64,000 nt of DNA from Octopus vulgaris. Lineage: Eukaryota. Under the pieces are notes generated by a model, which was given only the letters and a program-made list of their open reading frames with translations, ran no database searches and was not told the DNA's origin. Within the stretch, counting starts at the first letter, position 1, and every line of letters starts with the position of its first letter. The position numbers and the translations under genes are program-made. Of the stretch, positions 13,514-26,900 are shown one piece after another. The stretch spans positions 54,250,001 to 54,314,000 of the forward strand of contig OX597819.1 of NCBI GenBank assembly GCA_951406725.2. Direction: 5' to 3'.

Positions 13514-14635
13514 GGGTAATATTTTACCCATCGATTGCAAATGCATAGCCTTTGATGTGTGATGTGATGTAATGGTCAAAAGTCCAAGAAACTCAGCATG
13601 TCATTTCAATATTACTGTCATCTTCAAGTCTTCAAGAAACGTACTCATGCAATAATATCTTTTTGGTATGCTGAGCATTTCACATTCAGGTTTTCTTTGA
13701 GATTTGTTAGTCCATAAGGTTGACATTAGGAAAGGCATCTAGTCATAGAAACCATGCCAAAAACAGACATTAGAATTTGGTACACCTCTGGCTCATCACC
13801 TCCTGTCAAAATATCCACAACAAGCTAGTGTAGGAAACAGATGTTAAATGATGATGATTGTGTCGATGTACTTCTATGTAGGTGTCTACATATTATGTAT
13901 GTATGTATATGTATTGTATACTTACATATGTACATACGCATGCTTATACACGCGCGCACACACATGCACATATCCACCCCCAGTTTGTGAACTTTGGACC
14001 ATATAATCTATCTTAAAGCTGAGTTAGAAGTTTTTATAGCTACAACAACCATTTATATCATTCAAACTGGGCTCGGTTAGCTAGAAGCAGTCTAGTGGTA
14101 AGTAGAAAATATCATCACATTATGTAGTTTCTTCTAGAATTGTTGGTACTTTATGTTGTCTTTTTGTATGTGAGACGGTTGTGTATTAGGACAACTCTTA
14201 ACTTTTCTTTGTTTGTTACTTTTTTGTGCTGAATTATTGTCTCCAAAGTTTTCTGACTCTTGGCATTAATCTGTATGTGAATCTGTTTCTTTTCCCCATC
14301 AACCTTTCATTGTTCAGCCTACATTCTCTCTCTGATAATCCTGCTTCTTTTATTCTTGGTATATCAGCACAGGCATGGCTGTGTGGTAAGAAGTGTTTCC
14401 CAACCATATGGTTTCAGGTTCCCATTTAATGACAGTTGGGGGAGATTTGGCTACTAATTTGAATAATTCCATATTAATTGACACAATTCAAGGTTAAAGT
14501 TCTATGTTAGTTGTTTTTATTATGTTGACATCACTGTTAATGGTTTCTCTTTCAGGTGGTTATTTCTGTTGCATATATCTTTATTTTGACATCTGAATTC
14601 AACATTTTCTTATCTGTAATGATAAATAAGATTTG

Positions 14636-14835
14636 TTGTTGTTGTTTTACCACAGGTCAGCTCTGAGACATCTAACTATAACTATTTTATCTGTGACCAT
14701 GCTTCTTTCTTTTGCACATTGAATTCTAAAGTACGTTATTCAATGTATTTCTCTCTTTACAGTCATAGTGTGTGATTTGAGGACAGTTTGGTTGCTAGTT
14801 CTAACTGGTTGAATCACCAGCATAGGCTCTCTTGG
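14636..14835. repeat. Unclassified interspersed repeat (family C)
   Basis: Visibly related, degraded copies at ~5130-5320 (same orientation) and at ~41590-41810 and ~58715-58915 (opposite orientation). Similarity judged by eye. Confidence 0.5.
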
Positions 14836-15289
14836 CTTGAATTTATTTGATGTCAATGAGAATAGGATTTTATTTGGCAAGGCATTTAAAACTGTTTGAT
14901 AAGTTGGTGTTGCTTTATAAATTCAGTCAAGTGATATGAAACAAGTAATCTTGATAAAAGTATAATTCTAATTGGAATTATTCTCATGTGAAATGTTAAT
15001 TACTGTAAATAATCAGACTTTGGAAGATAACTATTTAAAAAAAAAATCTAAATGCTTACCTATTGATTATAATAATGATTATTATTTTGACATAATTTGT
15101 AATGTTTAGATAGCTAAATGGCAATAATTGTATTGTTTCAAGACTTGTAGATAGTAGTAGTATACATGCCTTCACTAAAATTGTACTTATTGTGATGATA
15201 AAATGGCAATGTTGCTACAAATTTCTTATTTGTATCATTATCAGCAGCAGCATTGTTATTTAGCATGTCTGAAAAAAATCCCTGAAACA

Positions 15290-15690
15290 TTTAAAATAGT
15301 CTGGAGTAGGTTATGGGCTGGTTACTTGCATAGTCAGTCAGGTAGTATATGATGGTTTCATACCCATTAAGACTAGCAGCATCGTTATCAACTGCTACAA
15401 CTGCAAGGGAGATGCACCCAAGAGAGCAAATTACTCAGAAATCAAATAGTTGGACCATGTTGTAAGAGTTACAGGAAAAGTCATAACTCAACATATTTGG
15501 GAGAGAATTAGCCTAGATAAGATGCAGTTGAGCTTAGTGGCAGGAAGAGTTACTTCTGATGCCATCATCCTAATGAAACAACTGTAGAAGTACTTAGGAA
15601 TAAGCCACTGTACCTAACATTTGTTGAACTGGAGAAGGCTTTTGACAGTGTTCTTTGCTCTGTAACCTGATGGGTTGCAGACTGATCTTA
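15290..15690 (+). mobile_element. Highly degraded RTE RT fragment
   Basis: Nucleotide similarity to 12720-13030, e.g. tcaactgctacaa...agatgca, gatgagatgcag-like, actgatgccat-like and ctggagaaggcttttgacag. Confidence 0.7.
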
Positions 15691-16515
15691 TACCACATCA
15701 ACTTAAACCCTCCTGACTCAGTTGTATCTCTTCCAGACCCACACAATCTATTGTTTCCACTCCTTCTTTCCCAGAATGTCATCCCTTTGGAAGTCTTCCA
15801 TTTGTGCTCATGTTTTTCCTACAACTGTCAGTACATCAACTGCATTGATATCATGCAACTGAGAAAGTCTGCAAGGGTCACAGTCACATCCTTATTCCAA
15901 ATTAAATCATGCAAAGAAAAACAAGTGCCTCAGTATCAATATAAATATGCTTATTTCCAATGATATCCTGCTTCATGTCAACATGCTATCTTTCATCTGG
16001 ATTATTTGTCACTAAAGTAATGCTTTTGTTGACTTTTTTTGTTCTTTGTAGTAATTATTATTTGTCTGTCCTACACTACCTGAAACCACCTGAATTAAAC
16101 AAGAGTTTAATTTAGATGGTTTGGTTTAAAGGCAGTTGTGAGCTCTCCGTTAGATAATGGAGGAAGCTTTGATTCTTTCATCTATCATTTATTTACATTC
16201 TTTAACATTCATTATTAAAATTGACCCACATGTTGCTGATTTTCTTTTTTTTTATTAAAAAAATTTTTTTTTATCCCAACTTTTGTACATACCTGGGTAT
16301 GTTGTTGAAGGGAGTAAATTTCACAGTTTAAAAAAAAGGTCAGAAGAAAACTTTTTTTTATGCAGTGTTTGTGTCCATGTCTGTTTAACTGCATTTAATT
16401 TGTTACTTACACCTTTCTTTTCATTACATTTTTAGAGTGTGTATGATTTTAGTTATCTAATAAATTAACAACTGCACATGCACAGCACTATTTTTAGCAC
16501 AAATGACTATTTACC

Positions 16516-16738
16516 TTAACCCTTTTGTTACTGTATTTATTTTGAGATGCTCTGTGTTTCAATTACTTTAAATATGACAAAGAATTTAGTAAAATAACTT
16601 AGTTCCATTCAGCTAATGTTAAGAACATAAATTGTGACTAAGATTTGAGGGAAGATTTTAATTCAAAACTTATGAAAACAAGACATTCGTACTCAGAGCC
16701 AGAGCTAGTTTCAGCGATGTTGGTAATGAAAGGATTTA
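16516..16738. mobile_element. MITE with TTAA flanks and CCCTTT-type termini (piggyBac-like)
   Basis: ttaa-CCCTTTTGTTAC ... GTAATGAAAGGA-tttaa. A related copy in the opposite orientation lies at ~38100-38325. Confidence 0.6.
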
Positions 16739-16985
16739 AAAAAAAAAAAAAAGAGAGGCAAACTTTTTTTCTGCAATACTGCCAGTTTTCACAGCAATCT
16801 GACCACAAGTAAATACACTATAAGCATTTGAATAAGCAAACCCATTTTTAGTTATTTTTAACTCATTACAAGACTGAGCTTTTGATTTTTTCAACATGAT
16901 GTCAAGAGTTAATTTAATGATTATTTTTATGTTGCTTGTTGTTTCCAGCAGTTTACATCTGTTAGGAAGTACTTAACACTTTATA

Positions 16986-18260
16986 CGAGGGGCGTTCAAT
17001 AAGTAATGCCCCTGACCCACTTGCAGTTGTTTGATCTAGCTGAAATTTTGCATGTGCACTTATTTATACCTCTATAGATTAAGTGGCGAATTACAGCTCT
17101 GAACTAATTGTGGTTTCTGATTTACAGGTGTTTGAACTGAGTCAAGTGTGAAATGGAGCCTGTTGAGTGTCGAGCAGTGATCTGGTTTTTGTATTTGAAA
17201 GAACGCACACCACGGGAGACTTTTGATGAAATGAAATGAAAGTAACTTATGGTGATGATGCCCCATCATATGACCTTGTAAAACGCTGGCATTGTGAATT
17301 CAAACATAGTTGGAACTCTGTGGAAACAGCTCCCAGATCTGGTCGCCCCCTTCTGCCGTTGATGAGACGTCTGTCCGTCAAGTTGAGGCTGCCATTTTGG
17401 AAGGTCAATGCATAACTATTCGCCAAATAGCCCGTAAGGTCAAGATTAGTACCGGGTCTGTGGAAACTATCATTCATGACCATTTGCATATGCAAAAGGT
17501 GTCTGCCAGATGGATTTCCAGGTTGCTCACACCTTTCCAGAAGCAAGAACGCGTTGAGTGCTCGAGGATGAATTTGGAGATGTGCCAAGAAGATGAGTCA
17601 AAATTTTTCAAAAGACTGATCACACAGGATAAAACCTGGGTCCATCACTATGATCCATAGACCAAAGCCCAGTCAATGCAGTGAAAGCACCGTGACTCAC
17701 CTCCTCCAAAGAAGGCAAGGGTGCAGTCCTCCGCTGACAAGGTTATGCTCACAGTCTTCTGGGACCAGGACGGAGTAGTGATGACAGATTTCCTGGCAAA
17801 GGGTACCACAATTACAGGAGCCTATTATGCTTCACTTTTGAGGAAATTAAGAGAAGCTATCAAAATCAAGAGGCGGGGCAAGATCAGCAAAGGCATCCTC
17901 CTCCTGCAGGACAACGCTCCGGTCCACAACTCGCGTGTCGCCAGATCAGAAGCACAGGCATGCAGCTATTAACTCCTCCCCTTGCACCCTCTGATTTTCA
18001 CCTCTTCCCAGCCATGAAGTTGATTTTGAAAGGAAAGCGTTTCCCAGATGATGCAGCCTTGATTTCTGAAGTCACGTCGTGGTTGGAGGACCAAGCTGGG
18101 GTCTTCTACAAAAACGGTCTCCAGAGCTGTATCAAACGATGGGAGAAATGCATAACTCTGGGTAGTTCCTATGTAGGAAAAGACTAATAACTGTGCCAAG
18201 TGTCGTTGCTCTACTGCTATGGGAAGTGGGTCAGGGGCATTACTTATTGAACGCCCCTCG
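16986..18260 (+). mobile_element. Full-length mariner element (irritans/Himar1-like) with a pseudogenised transposase
   Basis: Perfect 37-bp TIRs CGAGGGGCGTTCAATAAGTAATGCCCCTGACCCACTT (16986-17022 and 18224-18260), with TA on both sides; length 1275 bp. Confidence 0.97.
17153..18187 (+). pseudogene. Mariner DD34D transposase pseudogene
   Basis: MEPVECRAVI..., SARWISRLLT, ITQDKTWVHHYDP, KVMLTVFWDQDG, LLQDNAPVH and LAPSDFHLF. It has frameshifts, in-frame stops (17658, 17970) and has lost the HPPYSPD segment. Confidence 0.92.
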
Positions 18261-20013
18261 TAGCACTGCCTTTTTGTATCAAACACTTATTGTGATCACT
18301 TTAGGATGAAGTCTTTTCAATAACAATAATTGGTTGGTAACAATAATCAGCGTATAACATAAACAGCAATATCAAGATCTTCAATTCTTGTAGGCAGACA
18401 GTTTTTAATTGATTTTAAATAAAGAGTTTGGAATCTGCTAATTTTGATAACTGTTTGTTAACATTATCCATAATTAAAATAAATGGCTTCCTCTATGTGC
18501 AGGTGTGTGTATTGTCAGGTTTACTTTTTGAAGAAAGCAGTGGGAATGAGACATTTTTTTATCTAGGTTAACTGAAACAAAGTGACTTAACTTATCTAAG
18601 AACAAGCTCAATGTTTTAATGGTTTAAGATTTCAACTATACTATCAACTACTGCAGTGTAATTTTTGTTTGGGTTACTGGCAGTCAGCTTACATGGAACT
18701 ACATCTTTTTGACAAACCATACATGAAAACTAACTTGCTATTGCTGCATGAGCCAACTGTGTTGGTCATTTGTAAATGGCGCATCTTTTGCCAGTTTATA
18801 CTCTATTAATTTTCTTTTAATGTCTCATAGTTATCTTCTTTTAATCTTTTATCAGAGTAGTAAGGTTGTTGTTGTAATCTTATCCTTAACTATCATTTCT
18901 CTTTTCATAACTATGATGGGCCTTGATGGAATTCCTTCACCCCTTGAAGAATTTTAGTTGAGAAAGAGTAACCCTTATTACAATATGCATTTTCTATTAT
19001 AGCTCTCATGCCTTAACATTATTCTATTCCCTAGTAATCTCTTCAATGAATATTAGTTTGACATTTTGTCAGCCACACTTTTTCTCTTATACTTGTTTCC
19101 ACATTATTTTTCTCCTTTAAAGTACATCACTTTTTATCTGTTTAATATTTATCATTTCAAATAAACTATTAACTGTTTAAAAATCTATCCTATTCATAGC
19201 TTTACTAATTAGCTTTGTAAACAACATTCAGCTGTAAAATATTTGCCTTTTAATTCATGTATATATCCATGTTTTTTAACTGTACAATCCATGCAAATAT
19301 TGATGAAACAAGCTGCTATGTTCCAGAATGCATTGGATGATTCTGTAAATTTAAATATTTTTATAAATCTGGCAAGGGTTTTATAGGTGGTTTCCCAAAT
19401 GCTAATCTGGCAATATAGTGTGGCAGCTGTAACCTATTTTACAAATAGTGAATGCAAAGTGCATTATAACATACTACAATATTTTCAAGGTATACAATTT
19501 TGTGTTTAGTTTTTGGACTGTTGCCATTCTGGAGCATTGACCTCAGTATTTATTTCAGTCTGGTACTTATTTTATTGATCTCTATTTATCATATGGCCAT
19601 GTTCTATATTTTTGCATAAAGAGATGTAAATTGATGCACTGACATTTACAATGGTATACTAAAACACAGGCATATATATATGTTTTACAAAGAAAAAGAT
19701 TTGTTTTTGTCCAAATTTACCACCACTCAGAATAAATGTGCAAACACTACTTGCCTTAATGGATAAAAAAAATAAAATAAAAATACACTCCCTTTCTTCC
19801 ACTCCCCACAAACAGTGACACAACATCACATACAACCTAATTAATCCAAGCCAAACCTACAACTATATCTATTTCTCTCATTACTAGACCAAGGATGGAG
19901 CACAATGAGAAATATTGAATCTTCTAATTTTCTTTACAAACCTGTTGAAATAAATCAAATTCTATTTTTCTTAGGGATAGTCATACACAGCACATCCTAA
20001 TTACTTCATATAC

Positions 20014-20054
<41 letters not shown>

Positions 20055-21391
20055 GTCTGTTTTCTATGTTGGAATGGGTTGGATGATTTGACAGGATCCT
20101 CAGTGTTTCCATTTTCTGTACTTGTCCAAGGTGTTTTGCAGTGTGATCAAATTCATTGTGCTGTGGAGAGAACTTCTTAACCACTTTGGATATGCCAGTG
20201 TTTTAAAAGCAAGAGAAAAAAGTTGCTTTGTCAGAAACACATTTGTAAATGAAAATATAATATTGATTTCTTTTGAGTCAGCACAAGGCCAGTTGTCTGT
20301 AATGGGGATGGTTGGGTAGTTGGACTGAATTGACGTAAGTACTTATATTTCATTCACTGAAAGAAAAAAGAAGCATAGTTGACAGTAGCATATTTTGAAC
20401 TGATTTGATGAAGCTTATGGTTTTCTTTTTGTTTTGTTTTTTTATGATGTTCTGTCATTACTGTAAATTTTTGTAGATTTATATTATGTTTTCCATTTGG
20501 ACATTATGATCTGAATATAGAAATGCTAACTCTTTTGTTAAATATATAAGTCCTGACCAGAGTTTTAAAAGCTGTCAGGCTTAATATTCATTCTTCTGAT
20601 ATTGTGTTGATCAAATGGTGCTTTTATTGTTATTAAAGTAACATTTGTGTATTGTTTCAAGATTTTATTAATGGAATTCTATCTTTTTAACTATGTAGAA
20701 GTGTGGAACAGTTGTGATTTGACTTTTAATACTATTAGATTTTATGGATTTTTTTTAATAGTTTTTTGAAAGAATTATCAACATTTTTCTGGTATTACAT
20801 TTTTATTTCACTTAATTGGTGTTTATTTTTAAAAACTTGGTGAACTTAGTTTTAAATTTTGTTTTTTGTTTGGAATAAATTTCAGATTTAAGGTACATTT
20901 TATCAGTGGTAACAACTTAAAATTTCAGGTACCAGTGTGTTAGTCAATGGAGTTGCTGCTTGTAGATGAAAAACAATTGTCATTAATGTTTAATTTTGTG
21001 AGAAAGCAAATGATTTGGTCATTATGCTTCACTTTAAACTATTATATAAAAAATAAATAAAGATTCATTACTTGAAAATTGTTCAATATCACATTTGTGA
21101 TCTGAAACCCTAATGCAAAATAAGAATACTGATTATATCTAAGATTTATTTCTTCAGAAAACCCATCACTTAGTGAATAATGATGAGCCTAGTACCTTCA
21201 AAAGAGCTTTTAAGGTGGATATGGCTGTATTTTGTTGTGTTGTAAAACATCACATTTAATGAATGCACAAGAGGTGCAAATAATCACTCATTGTTTCAAG
21301 TTACTAAATGTAACATCTGCCAAAAAGTTTCAAATAGAGTTTAGTAGAGTGGTATCTAGTTTAAAAGGCTGGATGACCAAATTTCTAATTA

Positions 21392-23693
21392 CACTGGATA
21401 ACAAAAAAATTATTTTGTAAGTTGTTTTAGTTTTTTCAACTGGTTTAGAAAAAGTTTGCACTGCTGAATCTGAAAATGACATCTGTTTCTCTCAATCGGG
21501 TCAGGTTTCTATGCTAAGTTGATTTTTTTTTAAAAATCCGATCTTCTGACTAAATTGATTGCGTTTTTCTGACTTAATCAGTTGATTTTTGTTAGTGTGT
21601 ATGTGTGTGACGCTTTGGATATCATTCATTAAATTGGTTACATGTTTCTAACATTATCGGTTGATTTTTGTTAATATTTCTCATCCAAAACAGGTTTTTA
21701 AGATAAGAAATTGTTTTCTTACACAATTTATCAGTTAAATGTTACAAACTTTGATTACTGTAAATTGAATAGTAAGCACTGATAAAGATAAGTACATGTA
21801 AATTAAATGTTATGTCGTCATTGTTCAAAATTCAGGGCTTGAACTTGCGTTTATTCGAACCTCTAGAATGCTGAGCAGCAAGACTGTATCTTCAAAGTTC
21901 AACAGTAATCTGCCATCATGACTGCATCCCAGTGTCCCCGATACCTGGTCTCCATCTCTTTCATGTCCTGATGGACTCTCTCCCCCTAATCGCCACTCAT
22001 TGATCCCAGATTCTCAGGAAACTGATTCATATGTGAGAATAAGTAATGTATTTTAATGCTCATGTTGCATCCGAGATTTCTGAAAGCAGTCAGCATATTT
22101 GTGACAAGTTCTGCATAGTGCGTAGTTCCTTGCCTTGTTGCCAAGAAAGTACTTCACTTTGTTCATTGAGTTTTCAAACTCAATCTCTAATGCACTGACA
22201 GATTTAAGGACTGTCAAAGATACCAGCTTTCAACTTTTCAATGGTCAATCTTAGAAAAGCCTGGCACATGTAAGTGAAGCAGCCACCATCCTTGTCCAGA
22301 GCTTTAGTGAATTGCTTGATCAAGCCGAGCTTGATGTGCAGTGGTGGGAAGAGTATTTCTGTTTCTGTCCACCAGAGGGTTGTTTATGAGGTTCTTAGCT
22401 CTGCAAGGCACCAATTCCCCCCTCAAAGGCCAGTCCTTCTTCTTGTAATGCTGAGCAGTCCCTACTATCCCACATGCAAAGAAAGCATGGGTACTTGGTG
22501 TATTCAGACTGTTGTCCTAACAAAAAATTCACCATCTCCAGGTCAATACAAATAAACCACTGATGCTGATCATAACAAATTTTCTTCAGCACATACTTCA
22601 CTGCTTTATACTTCTCCTTCAGTGTAGTTGAGTGAGTCAGGGGTAGAGAGGCAAACTGGTTGCCATTGTGCAGCAGAACACATTTCAGCGATCGCTTGCT
22701 GCTGTCAATGAATAGTCTCCAATCTTTGGGTTCATACTGTGGCACTCCAAGCTTGTGCAGAAGATGAGCAATATCTGTACAGTACACCAAGTCCTTCTTT
22801 GCAGAGAAAAAAATGGAAGTATTCTTGATGTCTATTGCGGCAGAAGGTGATGCAAGCACTGTCAGAGAGGAGGATTTTTTCCTTCAATCTGGATGCCAAC
22901 AGTTTAGCAGAGGACTTTGACAATCCGTGATCGCAAACTAGATCATTTACTCCCTATTGGAAAAAGGATGTGGAACATCATCATCAAGAACTACTTCTTC
23001 ATCATCTTCTTGAAGACAGGTACTGGAATTTCATCACATTGAGCTACAGGATGACATTCTGATTGAAGATCAGAATACTTGAAGCTGCTCCGGTTCTTTC
23101 TGTTGATCCCAGTCACATCAATAGCTCAGAAATAGCAGTCAGTGCCATGGTTTGTTGGCTCCCTCCAAACAATGGGAATTCCAAACTTCAGACAACTCTT
23201 CTTGCCTTTGGTCCACTGACGTAGATTCTTGGTGCATGCTTTGCATGCTATGTATGGCGGCTAAGCTTTATCCTGGTCACCAGGTTTAATACCAAAATAA
23301 GCGTGGTAAGCATGTTTTATGAAACTTGTGACTGGATGCCTGTTTGGAACAATGGTATATTCACTGCAGATGTAGCAGAATACGTTGGGCTTACATTTAC
23401 AAGATCTTCTGGTCGAAGCCATTTCATTCATCTGTAAAATAAAAATACCAATTAGTCATGAATAGGCACATGCAAACTCTTCTGGGTTTGTTTATTTCAA
23501 GAAATAAAAAAGAATTTTGCATCATATAAAGCAAAAATACCTGTACATGTAAACAAAAACATAAAAAATAACGTAGCCATAGTTCAAAAAGCTGGCCTAA
23601 TTGAGCAAAACTAATGTGATTTTTGGATTTAGCACATCAAAATTGTCCTGAATCAGCTAAAAAAAATTTAGACAGTTTTGTTGTTGACCAGTG
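21392..23693 (-). mobile_element. Chapaev3-type (CMC) DNA transposon, full length, transposase disrupted
   Basis: Termini CACTGGATAACAAAAAAA and (reverse complement) CACTGGTCAACAACAAAA, with a 3-bp TTA TSD on both sides (21389-21391, 23694-23696). The minus-strand protein starts at ATG 23422: MASTRRSCKCKPNVFCYIC...WREPTNHGTDCYF, WRLFIDSSKRSLKCVLLHNGN, TKYPCFLCMWDSR, GERVHQD. Confidence 0.85.
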
Positions 23694-25629
23694 TTAGTAT
23701 CAAAGTATGACCTGGTCTTGCTTCAAGAAGCTGTAGGTATTACTTAGTGATGGGCACACACAAAAAAAAATAAAACATAGTGGGATGACTTGTAGGTTAA
23801 TGGAGAACTAATATTTCAGATGTGCTATAGCTGGACATTAATATTAATGTAGTGGACCAGTTAGTGTATAAATAAAAATAAAACAAGTTTCATGTAGAAT
23901 TTAAATAATTTATAATTTCTATAATTTGGGTTTTTGTGTTGTCGCTTTGACTACTTCTATGGAAAATTTCAATAGTTTGGTTTATGTATACAAAATGCTT
24001 TGTATGTGACTCTTATAAGCCCTTGTGTAGTTTAAATTAAAGTATTCCACCATTCTTGTATTAAGCATGTTGAGTCCTATAGAGGTGTGGAGTGAAATAG
24101 TTAAAGAATGGGGTGTCTTGGAGTATTCCATTAACAGTTATAAACATCTGAAACAACAAATGCTACATCTCTCCTCACTCTTTGCCAGTATGGAAAACTG
24201 ATGTAAAATCAATAATAAAGGTGTTAAAAAAAAGGTAACACACTCTAAAAGGACCTCTTTTCCTGCAGTCTGACATGTAGTAACCTTGTAACCCCTCTTC
24301 AGTTTGTAAATTTCGTTGCAGCTAACACTGCTGATGAAAAAAAATAAATGAAAAGATAAAAATAAAACTTTATTGAAAAAATTGAGATATCAAGAGGAAT
24401 CCTAGATCCATTGCATACATATGTGATATTTGGAATTCAGTTGTCTTTGTCATTGTTATCATCTTCATTTTGTATCTATTTTTCCATACTGGGTTGGGTT
24501 GGATTGGGTTGGCTGTTACAGTTTGAATCTTTTTTTATTTAAAGCTACCACTCCCATAGAGTGGTTGGATGTTGGTATTGAATATGGACAAATCTAATGT
24601 CCTTACTCATTAGATAGGTATCATGATAAAGGGTGATGGTGGAAGTGAGATCGTGGTAAAAGGGGACTGTATATGGACAGTCATAAACTAAAAATAAGAC
24701 ATTTTGCATATGCATGCACTAAATATGCACAAGGCACACACATTCCTAAAACAACAGATTCTTTAGATATTATTGAAGAATGCACCAAACCTCACTGTTT
24801 TGTAGATGTGAGTCATAAGTAGTGGTGATTCAGATTTTCACAGCTGTGAAACACTGGGAGTGGTAGGTAGATGAATCAAATTCATTTATATTTTATAGTA
24901 GTTCATGCAAGAACTCACTGGTTATTTATTCTTGTAATATGACAAGCTATGAATTTTATTCATTCTATTCATAGCCCAGTGCTCCAGCTTGGTCACAGCT
25001 TCTGGCTGAAACAAATAGATGTAAAAGTTACTTATAAAATCCATTCTAATACATTTTGGTTATCACCTTCTCAATCAATAAAGACACTTTGTCCATTGGT
25101 TAATTTTGATAATGTCCTGGACATTATTGTATTATGTGACTTAGTTATATCATAATTATGTTGGACAATGTAAAGATATTGGATCCTATAACTAAGTTAA
25201 ATTTTTGACTTAGTCTTTTTAGCAAAAAGTAGATATTACTTACTTGAAAAGTGGCCATTCACAAGGACAAACCACCATCATCATCATCATTGACTTCAGT
25301 GCATATGTGTTTCTGAGAGTGTGAGAATGTGTGTTGAGGTTGAGGATCTTTATGAAATGATGCCTTTAGTAGCATGCCACCTTTTTCTCTGATATTCTAG
25401 ATTGACTGACAGTCAGCATATCAAATGTGACTGTCTTCCAAACCGGCTAAAATGGTGATAGCAATGATAAACCAGGATGTTTCCAAGATTATTTTTTATA
25501 TAGTTTGATCATCTTTTTTGAACATAGGTTGTATCCAACATATATTAGTTGAATGCTTAATAATTAAGTATAATATCAAGGTAATTTTGATTATACTTGA
25601 CTGTTGAAATATATATATATATATATATA

Positions 25630-25890
25630 TTATATAGTTGAAATTTACAGAAAAACAAAAGACGAAGACAGGTTTATGACCAACAAGCAGGTGTATTAGT
25701 TTGACACTAAGGAAAGCGAGAAAATCTTTCATGTTACGAGCCTACGCTCTTCAACAGAAAGGAATAAGAGAAAATAAACAGTGAGAGAATAAAGAAACTT
25801 GTGGATTTAGTGATCAGGCATGGTGGCTTGTTGGAAAAAACAAGTTTTGACAGGAGAGGTAGAAAGTAGGGGAGATAATAAAGTATTGGC
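25630..25890 (-). mobile_element. Probable Penelope-like terminal fragment with a degenerate hammerhead-like motif
   Basis: Abuts a (TA)n tract. The minus strand reads CTGTTGAA-GAGC-GTAG-GCTC-GTAAC at 25733-25757. The assignment rests on resemblance only. Confidence 0.4.
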
Positions 25891-25892
25891 GA

Positions 25893-26035
25893 TCATCATC
25901 ATTATTTGACGTCTGCTTTCCATGGGTTAGATGGTTTGACAGGAACTGGTAAGCCAGAGAGCTGCACTGGGTTCCAGTCTGACTTAGCCTGGTTTCTATG
26001 GATGGATGCCCTTCCTAATGCCAACCACTCCAAGA
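25893..26035 (-). mobile_element. RTE 3'-end fragment or RTE-tailed SINE
   Basis: catcatcattatttgacgtc...catgggttagatggtttgacagg...ggatgcccttcctaatgccaaccact. Similar ends lie at 28017-28230, 29395-29720, 42082-42280 and 60910-61015, and in the opposite orientation at 13715-13860. Confidence 0.75.
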
Positions 26036-26490
26036 GAGTTAAATTATAGTTTGATATTATAGTTTTCAAATTTCATATCATTTTATGAGTAACTTCAATT
26101 AGATCAGCTGATGCTAAATGTGGCTCTAGAGAAGCCTGTTGAATACTTGTTGATAGCAGAAAAATCAGGTGAGGATGTTTTTATGCTAGACATTTCTGTA
26201 AGGATGTTTCTTAATTTCTTTGTCATTGTATGGATCTAGTATCTATTTTACTTGATAGAATCTTTTGACCTTGAGCAAGGTACTGTACATATCTTATTAG
26301 TATGCTTTACAATCCACAATTAATTAACTTTTAGGGTCTTTAATTTGGATATGCAAAATTGGATGTTAAGCTGTGATGATGATGATGAATTATATCACTG
26401 GTCCAATACAAATCAGTGTTAGGGAATATTTTTCAAACACCTCATAATTTATGATATTTGTTTTTAGTTTTGTTCCTTTTTCTTATGTAG

Positions 26491-26594
26491 AGATAATTAT
26501 GAAAAACTTCATCGTAATGAAGAAATGAGACGTGTACTGGAAGAAATTGAAAGACGCCAAGAAGAGGAATTTACTAGGAGAGAACAAGAAAAAG
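26491..26594 (+). CDS. Coding exon A of an unidentified host gene (phase 2 to phase 1): xDNYEKLHRNEEMRRVLEEIERRQEEEFTRREQEK
   Basis: Pyrimidine tract plus tag acceptor (ttcctttttcttatgtag), donor AAG/gttagc, 104 nt open frame, and an E/R-rich coiled-coil-like peptide. Confidence 0.88.
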
Positions 26595-26835
26595 GTTAGC
26601 ATTGTTTTCTTCCAAAAATATGAATGATACTTTAAATTGATATTAAATGTTGTTAATGTTACTTGTCTGCTTAAACATAATTTAATATGGCTATGCTCTG
26701 TATAGTTTAATTTTAATTAAGATGATTATTGTTAAATATTGATATATTATAGCTTATTTAGTATGTGTTATATAAATTTTAAGTGTTTGTGTTTTAAGTA
26801 TTGTGCAATATTTGATGGAATTTGACATTCTGTAG

Positions 26836-26900
26836 GATATTTTTACAACACTTTCAGCTCCAATCCATTAACAGATGTGAAACCAATCAATGAAATTTGA
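26836..26900 (+). CDS. Candidate alternative terminal exon: (G)YFYNTFSSNPLTDVKPINEI*
   Basis: Acceptor ttgacattctgtag. It reads open in phase 1 from exon A to TGA at 26898-26900. The pyrimidine tract is weak. Confidence 0.4.
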
